The translations under genes were made by a program, and so were the position numbers. From Kiloniellaceae bacterium (GTDB lineage Bacteria > Pseudomonadota > Alphaproteobacteria > Kiloniellales > J153), in the NCBI GenBank assembly GCA_021776135.1, contig JAJFGL010000040.1, forward strand, positions 3,967 to 67,966: DNA of 64,000 nucleotides, in the 5' to 3' direction. The notes beneath the pieces were generated by a model that worked only from the letters and a program-made list of their open reading frames with translations, was not told the origin of the DNA and did not search any database. Below, one piece after another: positions 1-11,526 of the stretch; position 1 is the first letter of the stretch; every line of letters starts with the position of its first letter.

Positions 1-2897
1 GTGACATTCTCGAACACCAGATCGGCGCCGTCCGCCGGGCCGTCTTCGGCGTGAAGCGTGCCGTCGGTAAGCAAGACCGGCTCGCTATGGACGGCATTAA
101 GGCGCCGGGTCGCGCCCAGGGTGTCCGCCAACTGGCGGCCGATATCGGCGATTTCGGAGACCGGCAGGAAGGCCGCCATGGCAAGTAAGGTCAGCAAGGG
201 CAGATACAGCGGCGAGATCGTACCGGCGGCCGCCAAACCGCCCCCGGTCAAAACGATCGCCAATCCGCCCCAAGTGGTCATGACCTCGACCAGGACCGTC
301 TGCAGGGTGAGTTCCGAGAAAAACGGCAGGCGCACCGCGTGATGGTTCCGGGTCAAATCAAGGAAGGCTTGCCGGCGCGCGGCTTCTTGCTGAAACGCCA
401 AGATCTCGGTCAGCCCTTGAATGGTATCGACCGTGTGCGCGTTCAAGGCGCCGATCGCTTCGCGGTCCCGCGACGCCAAGCGATCGATGCGTTTGCGCAA
501 AAGAAAAGGCGAGACCGCCACGACCAGCAAGAACGGCAAAAGCGCGAGCGCCAGGCTGGGCGCGACCCAAGCGAGGCCAAGCATGGCCGCGCCCGGCACC
601 AGAACCGCCACGAAAGCGGGCGCGATGGTGTGGGCGAAGAAATACTCGACCAATTCCACATCGTGAGTCGCCATGGCGACCAGGTCGCCGGTCCGCCGCC
701 GCACCAGATAGGCCGGCGCCAAGCTATCCACCTTACGGAACAGATCGATGCGCATTTGCGTCAGCAGGCGAAAGGCCATGTCGTGGGCAACCCAGGATTC
801 CAGCCAGTGCAAAATACCGGCGGCCGGGGCCAGAACCACCAGGGCGGCGATGAAGGCGAAGGTGGGATCGCCGGTCTTGACCGCCGCCACCGCGAGCGCG
901 GACACCAAACCCACGGAAATAAAAGCCACGACCCGCGACACCCCAAGCAGGAAGGTCAGAGTCAAGCGCCCGCGCCAGGGCCGCACGAAACCCATCAATA
1001 ATCTAAGGGCGCCGGCCCAAGCGAGGCCGCTGGTGGCCAGAATATCGCTCTCGGAAACTGTGGCGTCCGACTCTTCTTCATGCGGCTCCACGGGCGCCAG
1101 AAGCGCGGCCGCTTCGGGGAAGCTCACCACCTCGCCTTGGGTTTCTTCCGCGATCCCGCGCGTGCGGTCCTTGGCCTGATCACCCATGAGCCGGTAATAG
1201 GCGCCCTGATTCGCCATCAGGGCGTCGTGACCGCCGCTCTCCACAACCCGGCCGTGACCGAGCACGAGAATGCGGTCGGCGCCGATAATGCTGGATAGCC
1301 GGTGCGCGAGTATCAAGGTCGTCCGCCCCACCATCAAGCGGTCGAGCGCTTCCTGAATCACCGCCTCGTTCTCGGCATCGACCGCCGAAAGGGCCTCATC
1401 CAGAATCAGGATCGGCGCGTCGCGCAGCAGGGCGCGGGCGATGGCGACCCTTTGCCGCTGCCCGCCCGATAGCTTGATGCCACGCTCCCCAACCACGCTT
1501 TTGTAACCCTGGGGCAGAGTCATGATGAAATCGTGCGCATTGGCGGCGCGCGCCGCCGCTTCCAGTTCGCCGTGAGAGGCGCTTGGCTTCCCCAGGCGCA
1601 GGTTCTCTTCGATGGTGCCGTGAAATAGGGTCGTGTCCTGATTGACGACCGCGAGCTGACTGCGTATTTGCGCGAAACTAAGATCGCGAAGATCGCGCCC
1701 GCCCAGGTAAATCCGGCCGGCTTGGGGATCGTAAAAGCGCAGCAGCAGACGCACGATCGACGACTTGCCGGACCCGCTCGACCCCACGATGCCGATACGC
1801 TCGCCGGCGGCGGCGGCGAAGTCCAGGCCCGTGTGGGTTTCGCCCCGGCCGCCGGGATAGGAGAAATGGACATCGCTGAACCTGACCGCCGCTTCGTCTT
1901 GGGGGGCGGCCGTTAAGTCCGCCCCATGACTGACATCGCGAACCGGGGGTTCTTGCTCAAAGAGGCTCAAAATTTTCCCGGCGGCGGCTTGCGCCAACAT
2001 GCCTTCGTGCAACATCGAACGCAGATCGCGCAGGGGCCGGAAGACCTCTATGCCCAGCATGAGGACGATAAGCAGCGCGCCCAGGGTCATCTGACCCTCG
2101 CTGACCCTGGCGGCGCCCAGACCTAGCGCCGCCGCCGCGCCTATGGCGATACCGGCGTCGGTAATGCCGCGCGACAGGGAATTGGTGGCCAGGACCATCA
2201 TGGTGGCGCGGAACAGGGCATGGGCCTTGTCGGCCAGAAGGCGCGCCCGCGCCGCGCTTTGCCCGAAGGCCTTGAGGGTCGCCAGGCCCTGAATGGAATC
2301 CAGGAACTCGGCCGCGAAGTCGCCGTAGGCGCGGGCGCGGGCCAGGGAATTGCGGGTGTCCATGTGGTGAAAGGCGGCCGGGGCGACCAGGGTGATTAGG
2401 GCGGCGGCCAGAAACACCGCCGCGACCGGCAGGTCGAGCCAGGCCACGAAGACGAAGATCAGAATAGGGCTGATGGCGGCGACGAACAACTGCGGCAGGT
2501 ACTTGCCGAAATAAACCTCCAGGTGTTCGACCCCATCGATCAGGGAGACCAGCACATCCCCGGTTCGGGTCAGGCCGAAAAACGCCGGCCCAAGTTCGAC
2601 AACCTTGTCGTAGAGCCGGGCCCGGAGAGTCACTTGCACCGCCGCCGCGGTCCTGTGGGCAACCATGAGCCGGGCGTATTCCAAACCGCCGCGTAAAATA
2701 ACAACCAGGGCGACCAGGGCGCCGCCCTCGGCCAGGTCACGCAGAGGCGCGCCGGAAAACACCAAGCCCAACAACCAGCCAAGCAAGGCCAGGCGCGCGA
2801 TTCCAAGCACCGTTGAAAGCAGGCCGAGCGCCACGGCGCCCCAGATGCGCCCGCGCACCCCGGCGGTGAAAATCCATAGCTTGGGATTGAAATACAT
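1..2897 (-). CDS. Fused tandem ABC exporter (TMD-NBD-TMD, second NBD starting at window edge; CydD/CydC-like); 3' end outside window
   Basis: Absent from the ORF track because there is no stop inside the window. Hand translation of the minus strand from ATG 2897 gives MYFNPKLWIFTAGVRG..., a TM-rich region, Walker A GSSGSGKSS, signature [15 protein letters not shown] and ILILDEA (about nt 1380-1480). It then continues without a stop into a second TM domain (RRRTGDLVAMATHDVELVEYF) and ends ...DLVFENV at nt 1. Confidence 0.8.
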   Translation of the reverse strand, partial: MYFNPKLWIFTAGVRGRIWGAVALGLLSTVLGIARLALLGWLLGLVFSGAPLRDLAEGGALVALVVILRGGLEYARLMVAHRTAAAVQVTLRARLYDKVVELGPAFFGLTRTGDVLVSLIDGVEHLEVYFGKYLPQLFVAAISPILIFVFVAWLDLPVAAVFLAAALITLVAPAAFHHMDTRNSLARARAYGDFAAEFLDSIQGLATLKAFGQSAARARLLADKAHALFRATMMVLATNSLSRGITDAGIAIGAAAALGLGAARVSEGQMTLGALLIVLMLGIEVFRPLRDLRSMLHEGMLAQAAAGKILSLFEQEPPVRDVSHGADLTAAPQDEAAVRFSDVHFSYPGGRGETHTGLDFAAAAGERIGIVGSSGSGKSSIVRLLLRFYDPQAGRIYLGGRDLRDLSFAQIRSQLAVVNQDTTLFHGTIEENLRLGKPSASHGELEAAARAANAHDFIMTLPQGYKSVVGERGIKLSGGQRQRVAIARALLRDAPILILDEALSAVDAENEAVIQEALDRLMVGRTTLILAHRLSSIIGADRILVLGHGRVVESGGHDALMANQGAYYRLMGDQAKDRTRGIAEETQGEVVSFPEAAALLAPVEPHEEESDATVSESDILATSGLAWAGALRLLMGFVRPWRGRLTLTFLLGVSRVVAFISVGLVSALAVAAVKTGDPTFAFIAALVVLAPAAGILHWLESWVAHDMAFRLLTQMRIDLFRKVDSLAPAYLVRRRTGDLVAMATHDVELVEYFFAHTIAPAFVAVLVPGAAMLGLAWVAPSLALALLPFLLVVAVSPFLLRKRIDRLASRDREAIGALNAHTVDTIQGLTEILAFQQEAARRQAFLDLTRNHHAVRLPFFSELTLQTVLVEVMTTWGGLAIVLTGGGLAAAGTISPLYLPLLTLLAMAAFLPVSEIADIGRQLADTLGATRRLNAVHSEPVLLTDGTLHAEDGPADGADLVFENV

Positions 2898-2996
2898 CGA
2901 CTTGCCGCCCTTTTTCTACGCCGCTGGCTTCACTGACCTCAAATTGAGCGAAGGATACGATTTTGCCACGATGGCGATATCCCTCGCTCCTTCCTT

Positions 2997-3080
2997 GTCA
3001 CCCTTGGGCTTGACCCGAGGGTCCATGGGAAAGCCAATCTCGCAACCCCGATGGATTGCCGGGTCAAGCCCGGCAATGAC
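2997..3080. repeat. Inverted pair of GTCAY-stem-GCTTGAC-stem hairpin repeats (2997-3028 forward, 3048-3080 reverse)
   Basis: The forward copy is gtcacCCTTGGgcttgacCCGAGGgtccatgg. The reverse copy is the reverse complement of ccgatggaTTGCCGGgtcaagCCCGGCAAtgac. Both share the scaffold of the copies at 11941, 39747 and 39898, but with different, mutually complementary stem bases. Confidence 0.7.
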
Positions 3081-3223
3081 GACTTGTCTGTGGTATCGGG
3101 CGCCGTTCCCGACCTTCAGAACCCTAGGTATAATCCAAACAAAAATGTATTCCGATCATAGATTTCTTATTCCGGCTAAACATTTTTGTTGATCCCTGGG
3201 CGGTGGCCGGTCATGCTGGGGCC

Positions 3224-4177
3224 ATGAATTGGGACGATTTACGCATGTTTCTGGCGGTCGCGCGGGCGGGCAATCTTTCCGCCGCCGCGCGCCGCCTCAA
3301 GGTCACCCAACCGACCGTGGGCCGGCGCCTGCGGGGTCTGGAAGATTCGCTGGGCGCGCGGCTGTTCGACCGCTTGCCGGAGGGTCTGGTGCCGACCGCG
3401 GCGGGGACCGAGTTATTGCCCTTGGCGGAAACCATGGAACGTTCGGCCTTGGCGGTTGACCGCCATCAGGCGAGCTTCACCCAAGACGCCAATGGCGTGG
3501 TCCGGGGCGTGGTCCGGATTTCGGTCTGGGAGACCATCGCGCAGTTCCTGACCGATCACCTGACGGTCCTGCGTGGCCGCCTGCCGGAGATCGAGATCGA
3601 ACTCGCGGTCACCCATGTCCAGGCCGACCTCATGCGCCGCGAGGCCGATCTCCTGATCCGCGAATGCCGGCCGGACAATCCCAACCTGATCGCCCGCAAG
3701 ATCGGCGCTTACAGCTTCGCGGTTTACGGCGCCCATGATTACGTCGCGGCCCATCCGGCGGCGCGCGGAGAGGCGCGCTATAGCCAGTGCGCCTGGGTCG
3801 GCTACGACGAGGAACATGCCTATTTCCTGAACCACACCTGGCTAGCGCCGCGCCTTCAAGGGCGGACACCGGCCATCCGGGTGAACAACGGCATCATTCT
3901 CCAGGACGCGGTGCGCAAGGGCGCCGGTCTGGGGGTTCTGCCCTGCGTCACCGCCGATCCCGACCGGGCCCTGGTGCGCCTGAGCCCGCCCCTGGACGAG
4001 ATTACCCGCGATCTGCACCTGGTCGTGCATCGAGACCTGCGCCGCTCCCCCGCCGTGCGCGCGGTCAGCACGGCCTTGGCGGATATCTTCAGAAGCGAAG
4101 CCGCGCGTCTTCAAGGGCAAGAGCCCTTTCCGGCCATACGGACCCATTCGATGGGCCAGATCCGTTCACTCGGCTAA
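3224..4177 (+). CDS. LysR-family transcriptional regulator
   Basis: ORF track 3203-4177. The N-terminal wHTH MNWDDLRMFLAVARAGNLSAAARRLKVTQPTVGRRL is typical of the LysR family. Start moved to ATG 3224. The last ~19 codons are encoded by repeat arm 4120-4151. Confidence 0.85.
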   Translation: MNWDDLRMFLAVARAGNLSAAARRLKVTQPTVGRRLRGLEDSLGARLFDRLPEGLVPTAAGTELLPLAETMERSALAVDRHQASFTQDANGVVRGVVRISVWETIAQFLTDHLTVLRGRLPEIEIELAVTHVQADLMRREADLLIRECRPDNPNLIARKIGAYSFAVYGAHDYVAAHPAARGEARYSQCAWVGYDEEHAYFLNHTWLAPRLQGRTPAIRVNNGIILQDAVRKGAGLGVLPCVTADPDRALVRLSPPLDEITRDLHLVVHRDLRRSPAVRAVSTALADIFRSEAARLQGQEPFPAIRTHSMGQIRSLG

Positions 4178-4383
4178 GCTGCGTCGCGCCGCGCGATGCG
4201 GTGCATCGGGCAAGCGGCGGAGCGACGCCGATGAGCGGATATGGCCCACCGCAGGCCGGTATTTCGCGCCCGCTGGACGTCGTTGCGGCCCACTTGCGGT
4301 CATTAAGACCGCGGCGCGACCTGCGCCTAGCCAGCAGACGCGAAATACCGGTCGAATGGGTCCGTATGGCCGGAAAGGGCTCT
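4120..4383. repeat. Perfect 32-bp inverted repeat (4120-4151 / 4352-4383) flanking a 200-bp core; MITE-like
   Basis: agagccctttccggccatacggacccattcga at 4120-4151 is the exact reverse complement of 4352-4383. A nested 13-bp inverted repeat is ccggtatttcgcg (4256-4268) / cgcgaaataccgg (4339-4351). A related solo copy lies at 44405-44450. Confidence 0.8.
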
Positions 4384-4432
4384 GGCCCCCGCGCCGCTTG
4401 CCAGGAGCATGGCCGGCAGTTAAGCCAACGCC

Positions 4433-6256
<1,824 letters not shown>

Positions 6257-6259
6257 ACC

Positions 6260-7837
6260 ATGACGGCCGAATATGAACGGCGGCGCAGCTTCGCCATTAT
6301 CTCGCACCCGGACGCGGGCAAGACCACCTTGACCGAAAAGCTGCTGCTGGCCGGGGGCGCGATCCATCTGGCCGGCAGCGTGAAAGCGCGCGGCGACAAA
6401 AGGCGCGCGCGTTCCGACTGGATGAAGATCGAGCAGGAACGCGGTATCTCGGTCACCTCCTCGGTCATGACCTTCGAGCACGCGGGCCTGATCTTCAATC
6501 TTCTCGACACCCCGGGCCATGAGGATTTCAGCGAGGATACCTACCGCACCCTGACCGCCGTCGATTCGGCGATCATGGTCATCGACGCGGCCAAGGGCAT
6601 CGAAAGCCAGACCCGCAAGTTGCTCGAGGTCTGCCGCTTGCGCGACATCCCGATCATGACTCTCATCAACAAGGTCGACCGGGAGGGCCGCGATACCTTC
6701 GAGCTGCTGGACGAGATTCAAGACTCCCTGGCTCTAGACATCGCCCCCATGGTCTGGCCCCTGGGCATGGGCGGTCAGTTCCACGGCTGCTACGACCTGG
6801 CGAACGACCGGCATTTGACCTCTAGCCAAGGCCCAAGCGGGGCCTTCGACAAGACCGTCCAGTGCAGCGGCATCGACGATAAATACCTGGACGACACGGT
6901 GCCCGCCCCGATTCTGGAGGTGGCGCGCGAGGGCATGGAACTGGCCCGCGCGGCCTATCCGGCCTTCGACCAGCAAGCCTATCTGGAAGGGCACTTGACC
7001 CCGGCGATCTTCGGCAGCGCCCTCAAGAACTACGGCATCGAGGCCCTAATCAACCTGATCGCCAAGCACGCGCCGCCGCCCCGGCCCAGCCCCGCCGACA
7101 AGCGCATCGTGCGGCCGGACGAAGACGCCGTCACCGGCTTCGTCTTCAAGGTCCAGGCCAACATGGACCCGAACCACCGCGACCGGGTCGCCTTCGTGCG
7201 CCTGTGTTCCGGCAACTTCAAACGCGGCATGAAACTGCGTCAGGTGCGCACCGGCAAGGACATGGTGGTTCACAGCCCGATCTTCTTCATGGCCCGCGAC
7301 CGGGAGATCGTGGACAGCGCCGGACCCGGCGACGTGATCGGGGTGCCCAACCACGGCACGGTCCGGGTCGGCGATACCTTCACCGAGGGCGAGGTCCTGC
7401 GCTTTACCGGCCTGCCCGCCTTCGCGCCGGAAATCCTGCGCCGCGTCCACCTGCCCGACACCACCCGCGCCAAGCAGTTGCACCGCGCCCTCGACGACCT
7501 GGCGGAGGAAGGCCTGGTTCAGGTTTTCAAGCCGAGCCTGGGGCCGCAATGGATCGTCGGCGTGGTCGGGGTGCTGCAGCTCGACGTTCTGGCGGCGCGG
7601 GCCAAGCAGGAATACCGGGTCGAGATCGTGTTCGAGGACACGCCCTTCGCCGTCGCCCGCTGGCTGCGCGCGAAGGACGAAAAAAGCCTCGAAGATTTCG
7701 TCAAGACCCACCCCTCATCGGTGGTACTGGACCGGGACCGAAGGCCGGTCTTCATGGCCCGCAACGATTGGGACCTGGACTACACCATGCGCAATAACGA
7801 AAACATCGCGTTCCTGAAAACCAAGGAACTGGAATAA
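6260..7837 (+). CDS. prfC: Peptide chain release factor 3
   Basis: 525 aa with GTPase motifs AIISHPDAGKTT and DTPGHEDF, and RF3-like overall sequence. Confidence 0.95.
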   Translation: MTAEYERRRSFAIISHPDAGKTTLTEKLLLAGGAIHLAGSVKARGDKRRARSDWMKIEQERGISVTSSVMTFEHAGLIFNLLDTPGHEDFSEDTYRTLTAVDSAIMVIDAAKGIESQTRKLLEVCRLRDIPIMTLINKVDREGRDTFELLDEIQDSLALDIAPMVWPLGMGGQFHGCYDLANDRHLTSSQGPSGAFDKTVQCSGIDDKYLDDTVPAPILEVAREGMELARAAYPAFDQQAYLEGHLTPAIFGSALKNYGIEALINLIAKHAPPPRPSPADKRIVRPDEDAVTGFVFKVQANMDPNHRDRVAFVRLCSGNFKRGMKLRQVRTGKDMVVHSPIFFMARDREIVDSAGPGDVIGVPNHGTVRVGDTFTEGEVLRFTGLPAFAPEILRRVHLPDTTRAKQLHRALDDLAEEGLVQVFKPSLGPQWIVGVVGVLQLDVLAARAKQEYRVEIVFEDTPFAVARWLRAKDEKSLEDFVKTHPSSVVLDRDRRPVFMARNDWDLDYTMRNNENIAFLKTKELE

Positions 7838-7844
7838 AGCCCCC

Positions 7845-8624
7845 TCACCCCCGGCGGGCGATCATGAGTTTTTTGATTTCGCCGATGGCCTGGGCCGGAT
7901 TGAGGCTCTTGGGGCAGGTCTTGGTGCAGTTCATGATGGTGTGGCAGCGATAGAGCCGGAAGGGGTCCTCCAGGTTGTCCAGGCGCTCGCCCGCCGCCTC
8001 GTCGCGGCTGTCGGCGATCCAGCGGTAAGCCTGCAAGAGGACCGCCGGGCCCAGGTATCGCTCGGCGTTCCACCAGTAGCTGGGGCAGGAGGTGGTGCAG
8101 GAGAAACACAAAATACATTCCCAGAGGCCGTCCAACTTTTCGCGGTCTTCTTGACTTTGCAGGCGCTCGCGCTCCGGCGCCGGGGTCGTGGTCTTGAGCC
8201 AGGGTTCGATCGAGGTGTACTGGGCGTAGGCCTGGGTCAGGTCCGGCACCAAGTCCTTGACCACCGGCATGTGGGGCAAGGGATAAACCTTGATGTCGCC
8301 GTTGACCTCGTCGATGAACTTGGTGCACGCCAGAGTGTTGGTGCCGTCGATGTTCATGGCGCAGGAACCGCACACGCCCTCGCGGCAGGAGCGGCGGAAG
8401 GTCAGGGTCGGGTCGATCTCGTTCTTGATCTTGATCAGGGCGTCCAGGACCATGGGCCCGCAGGTATCGAGATCGATTGTGTAAGTATCGACGCTGGGAT
8501 TATCCCCGCCGTCCGGGTCCCAGCGGTAAACCTTGAAATCGCGGGTCTTGGCCGCGCCCTCGGGCGCCGCATGGGTCTTGCCCCCGGTGACCCGTGAGTT
8601 CTTAGGCAGATTGAATTCGACCAT
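7845..8624 (-). CDS. sdhB: Succinate dehydrogenase iron-sulfur subunit
   Basis: 259 aa with Cys clusters [23 protein letters not shown] and [12 protein letters not shown], directly downstream of sdhA. Confidence 0.95.
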   Translation of the reverse strand: MVEFNLPKNSRVTGGKTHAAPEGAAKTRDFKVYRWDPDGGDNPSVDTYTIDLDTCGPMVLDALIKIKNEIDPTLTFRRSCREGVCGSCAMNIDGTNTLACTKFIDEVNGDIKVYPLPHMPVVKDLVPDLTQAYAQYTSIEPWLKTTTPAPERERLQSQEDREKLDGLWECILCFSCTTSCPSYWWNAERYLGPAVLLQAYRWIADSRDEAAGERLDNLEDPFRLYRCHTIMNCTKTCPKSLNPAQAIGEIKKLMIARRG

Positions 8625-8670
8625 GTCTTTCGTTCTATCCTATCGCCTGAAGCTTGGTCTTATCCTTCGG

Positions 8671-8703
8671 CAAGCTCAGGATGAGGTCCTCATGTTGAGC
8701 TTG
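8671..8703. repeat. Imperfect 16-bp-stem palindrome in the sdhA-sdhB spacer
   Basis: caagctcaggatgagg t cctcatgttgagcttg pairs at 14 of 16 positions. It lies inside a 108-bp spacer that interrupts an otherwise tight operon. Confidence 0.5.
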
Positions 8704-8732
8704 TCGAAACACGAGGACCGGCGGTTAGCACC

Positions 8733-10517
8733 TCAATACACCCGCGCCTTGGGCGGGAAGGATTGGACTTCGTTGGTCATGGGCTGCAACTGCACGTCGC
8801 GGTAGCCGAAGGCGACCTTGCCGGTTTCGTCGCACCAGGCCAGGGTGTGCTTCATCCATTTTTTATCGTCCCGGTCGGGGAAATCCTCGCGCGCGTGGGC
8901 GCCGCGGCTTTCCTCGCGGTTCGCGGCCCCGGTCATGGTGACCAGGGACTGATACATGAGGTTGTCGAGCTCCAGGGTCTCGACCAGATCGGAATTCCAG
9001 ATCATGGAGCGGTCGCTGACCGAGACGTCGCCGCGCTGTTGCCAGATCGACTGAAGCTTCGCCACCCCTTCATCCAATGACTCGCCGGTGCGGAACACGG
9101 CGGCGTGGTCCTGCATGGCGCGCTGCATATCGTCGCGCAGGCGCGCGGTCGGGGTGCCGCCCTTGGCGTGGCGCATGGCGTCGAGACGGCTGAGCGCCAG
9201 CTCGTCCGCGTCGCCCGGCAGGGGCGCGTGCGCTTCGCCCGCCTTGACGATCTCGGCGCAGCGCTTGGCCGCCGCGCGCCCGAAGACCACCAGGTCGAGC
9301 AGGGAGTTGGAGCCCAGGCGGTTGGCGCCATGGACCGAGACGCAGGCCGCCTCCCCGGCCGCCATGAGGCCGGGCACCACGGTTTGTTTGCCGTCTTTCA
9401 GGGTCACCGCCTCGCCGGTATAGAGCGCCGGCACCCCGCCCATGTTGTAATGGCAGGTGGGCAGGACCGGGATCGGTTCCTTGGTCACCTCGACCCCGGC
9501 GAAGATGCGCGCGGATTCGGAAATGCCGGGCAGGCGTTTGTGAATCAGCTCGGGATCCAGATGTTCGATGTGCAGGTGGATGTGGTCCTTGCCCGCCCCG
9601 ACGCCGCGCCCTTCGCGAATCTCTAAGGTCATGGACCGGCTGACCACGTCGCGGCTGGCCAGATCCTTGGCGCTGGGCGCGTAGCGTTCCATGAAGCGCT
9701 CGCCCTCGGAATTGGTCAGGTAGCCGCCCTCGCCGCGCACGCCCTCGGTAATCAGGCAGCCGGCGCCGTAGATACCCGTGGGGTGGAACTGCACGAATTC
9801 CATGTCCTGAACCGGCAGACCGGCGCGCAAGGCCATGCCCGCGCCGTCGCCGGTGCAGGTGTGGGCCCCGGTGCAGGAAAAATAGGCCCGGCCGTAACCG
9901 CCGGTCGCCAGGATAACCATCTTGGCGCGGAAGCGGTGAATGGTGCCGTCGTCCAAATTCCAGGCCACCACGCCCCGGCAGGCGCCGTTTTCCATTATCA
10001 GATCGATGGCGAAATATTCGATAAAGAACTCGGCGTTGTTGCGCAGGCTTTGCTGATACAGGGTGTGCAGCATGGCGTGGCCGGTACGGTCGGCGGCGGC
10101 GCAGGTGCGCTGGGCGATGCCCTCCCCGAACTCGGTGGTCATGCCGCCGAAGGGGCGCTGATAGATCTTGCCCGCCTCGGTACGGCTGAAGGGCACGCCG
10201 TAGTGTTCCAGTTCGATGACCGCGGCCGGGGCCTCCTTGACCATATACTCGATCGCGTCCTGATCGCCGAGCCAGTCGGAACCCTTGACCGTGTCGTAGG
10301 CGTGCCAGCGCCAATCGTCCTTGCCCATATTGCCGAGGGAAGCGGATATCCCGCCCTGGGCCGCGACGGTATGGCTGCGGGTCGGGAACACCTTGGTGAC
10401 GCAGGCGGTCTTCAGGCCGGCCTCGGCCAGGCCCAGGGCGGCGCGCAAGCCCGCGCCCCCGGCGCCGACGACAACGACGTCGTGGGTGTGATCGACGATT
10501 TCGTAGGACTTGGTCAT
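8733..10517 (-). CDS. sdhA: Succinate dehydrogenase flavoprotein subunit
   Basis: 594 aa with the FAD fold [13 protein letters not shown] and the covalent-FAD His context [11 protein letters not shown]. Confidence 0.97.
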   Translation of the reverse strand: MTKSYEIVDHTHDVVVVGAGGAGLRAALGLAEAGLKTACVTKVFPTRSHTVAAQGGISASLGNMGKDDWRWHAYDTVKGSDWLGDQDAIEYMVKEAPAAVIELEHYGVPFSRTEAGKIYQRPFGGMTTEFGEGIAQRTCAAADRTGHAMLHTLYQQSLRNNAEFFIEYFAIDLIMENGACRGVVAWNLDDGTIHRFRAKMVILATGGYGRAYFSCTGAHTCTGDGAGMALRAGLPVQDMEFVQFHPTGIYGAGCLITEGVRGEGGYLTNSEGERFMERYAPSAKDLASRDVVSRSMTLEIREGRGVGAGKDHIHLHIEHLDPELIHKRLPGISESARIFAGVEVTKEPIPVLPTCHYNMGGVPALYTGEAVTLKDGKQTVVPGLMAAGEAACVSVHGANRLGSNSLLDLVVFGRAAAKRCAEIVKAGEAHAPLPGDADELALSRLDAMRHAKGGTPTARLRDDMQRAMQDHAAVFRTGESLDEGVAKLQSIWQQRGDVSVSDRSMIWNSDLVETLELDNLMYQSLVTMTGAANREESRGAHAREDFPDRDDKKWMKHTLAWCDETGKVAFGYRDVQLQPMTNEVQSFPPKARVY

Positions 10518-10538
10518 GTTTACCTTTAACCCGCGAAC

Positions 10539-10919
10539 CTAACCCGCGAAGAGAACCGAAAGCACCGCCAGCACGCCGGTCAGCGCCAGAACCAGGGCCA
10601 GGGCATTGACCGCCATGAGCAACGCGATCTTCGCGCCTTCATGGTGCAGGTAATCCTCGATCACCACCTGCAGGCCGAGCGCGGCGTGATAAAAGCCGGC
10701 GACGAGAAACAGAATCAACAACCCGGCGGCCAGGGGCGATCCCATCCATTCGCGCATGGTGAAGTAGTCCGCCCCGATCAAAGAAACCAGTGAGGCGGCG
10801 AACCAGATCGTCAAGGGCACCAGGGCTATGGAGGTCAGGCGCTGGTGCCACCAATGCCCAACGCCTTCGCGCGCCGCGCCCAGGCCCCGGACCCGCCCAA
10901 GGGGAGAGCGCAGGGACAT
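10539..10919 (-). CDS. sdhD: Succinate dehydrogenase membrane anchor subunit
   Basis: 126 aa with about 3 TM helices, located between sdhC and sdhA. Its start abuts the sdhC stop. Confidence 0.85.
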   Translation of the reverse strand: MSLRSPLGRVRGLGAAREGVGHWWHQRLTSIALVPLTIWFAASLVSLIGADYFTMREWMGSPLAAGLLILFLVAGFYHAALGLQVVIEDYLHHEGAKIALLMAVNALALVLALTGVLAVLSVLFAG

Positions 10920-11315
10920 CTAAACGCCCCCCCGCATGGCGTAACCGGCGATCCAGGCCGCCAGGGTCAAGACCACGGTGGCGGCCAGGACGGCCCAGCC
11001 GCTACGCTCGGCATCGGGAAGCGCGTAGCCATGGCCCGCATCCCAAAACAGGTGCCGTATGCCGTTGCAGAGGTGATAGAACAGGGCCAGGGTCCAGCCG
11101 AACAAGGCCAAGCGTCCGATCCAGGAGCCGATCAGGCCGCGCGCGTCCTCGAAAACCTCGGCCCCGGAGGCGGCGGCGGCCAGCCAATAGACGAGCAAAA
11201 TCGCGCCCAAGGCCAAGGCGACGCCGGTCAGGCGGTGGGTAATGGACAAAATCGAGGTCATCTGCGGGCGATAAACCTGCAAATGGGGAGACAAAGGCCG
11301 GTTCCGGGCGCTCAT
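10920..11315 (-). CDS. sdhC: Succinate dehydrogenase cytochrome b556 subunit
   Basis: ORF track 10920-11417. Start moved to ATG 11315 (MSARNRPLSPHLQVYRPQ), which is preceded by GGAGG with a 6-nt spacer. Confidence 0.85.
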   Translation of the reverse strand: MSARNRPLSPHLQVYRPQMTSILSITHRLTGVALALGAILLVYWLAAAASGAEVFEDARGLIGSWIGRLALFGWTLALFYHLCNGIRHLFWDAGHGYALPDAERSGWAVLAATVVLTLAAWIAGYAMRGGV

Positions 11316-11526
11316 AGTGTGCCTCCGTCGCGGCGGAAAAAAGGCGTCACAGCGAAAAATCCCCCCAATTCGCCAAGCACATGGCCCCGGTGTAAGTCGC
11401 GGCCCGGTATAAGTCAACGCATGGCATTAGGACATAAACTTGATCCCGCGGCTCTTAATTGTCTGTAACCGGGTTCGGGCTTAAGCTCCGCCGTCTTGAA
11501 AACTTTTCGAACTGGGGGGCCATGGT

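Noticed and set aside
9070-10314. 414-aa minus-strand ORF in an alternative frame of sdhA
   Set aside because: It is an Arg/Gly/Pro-rich artefact, and the sdhA frame carries the FAD motifs.
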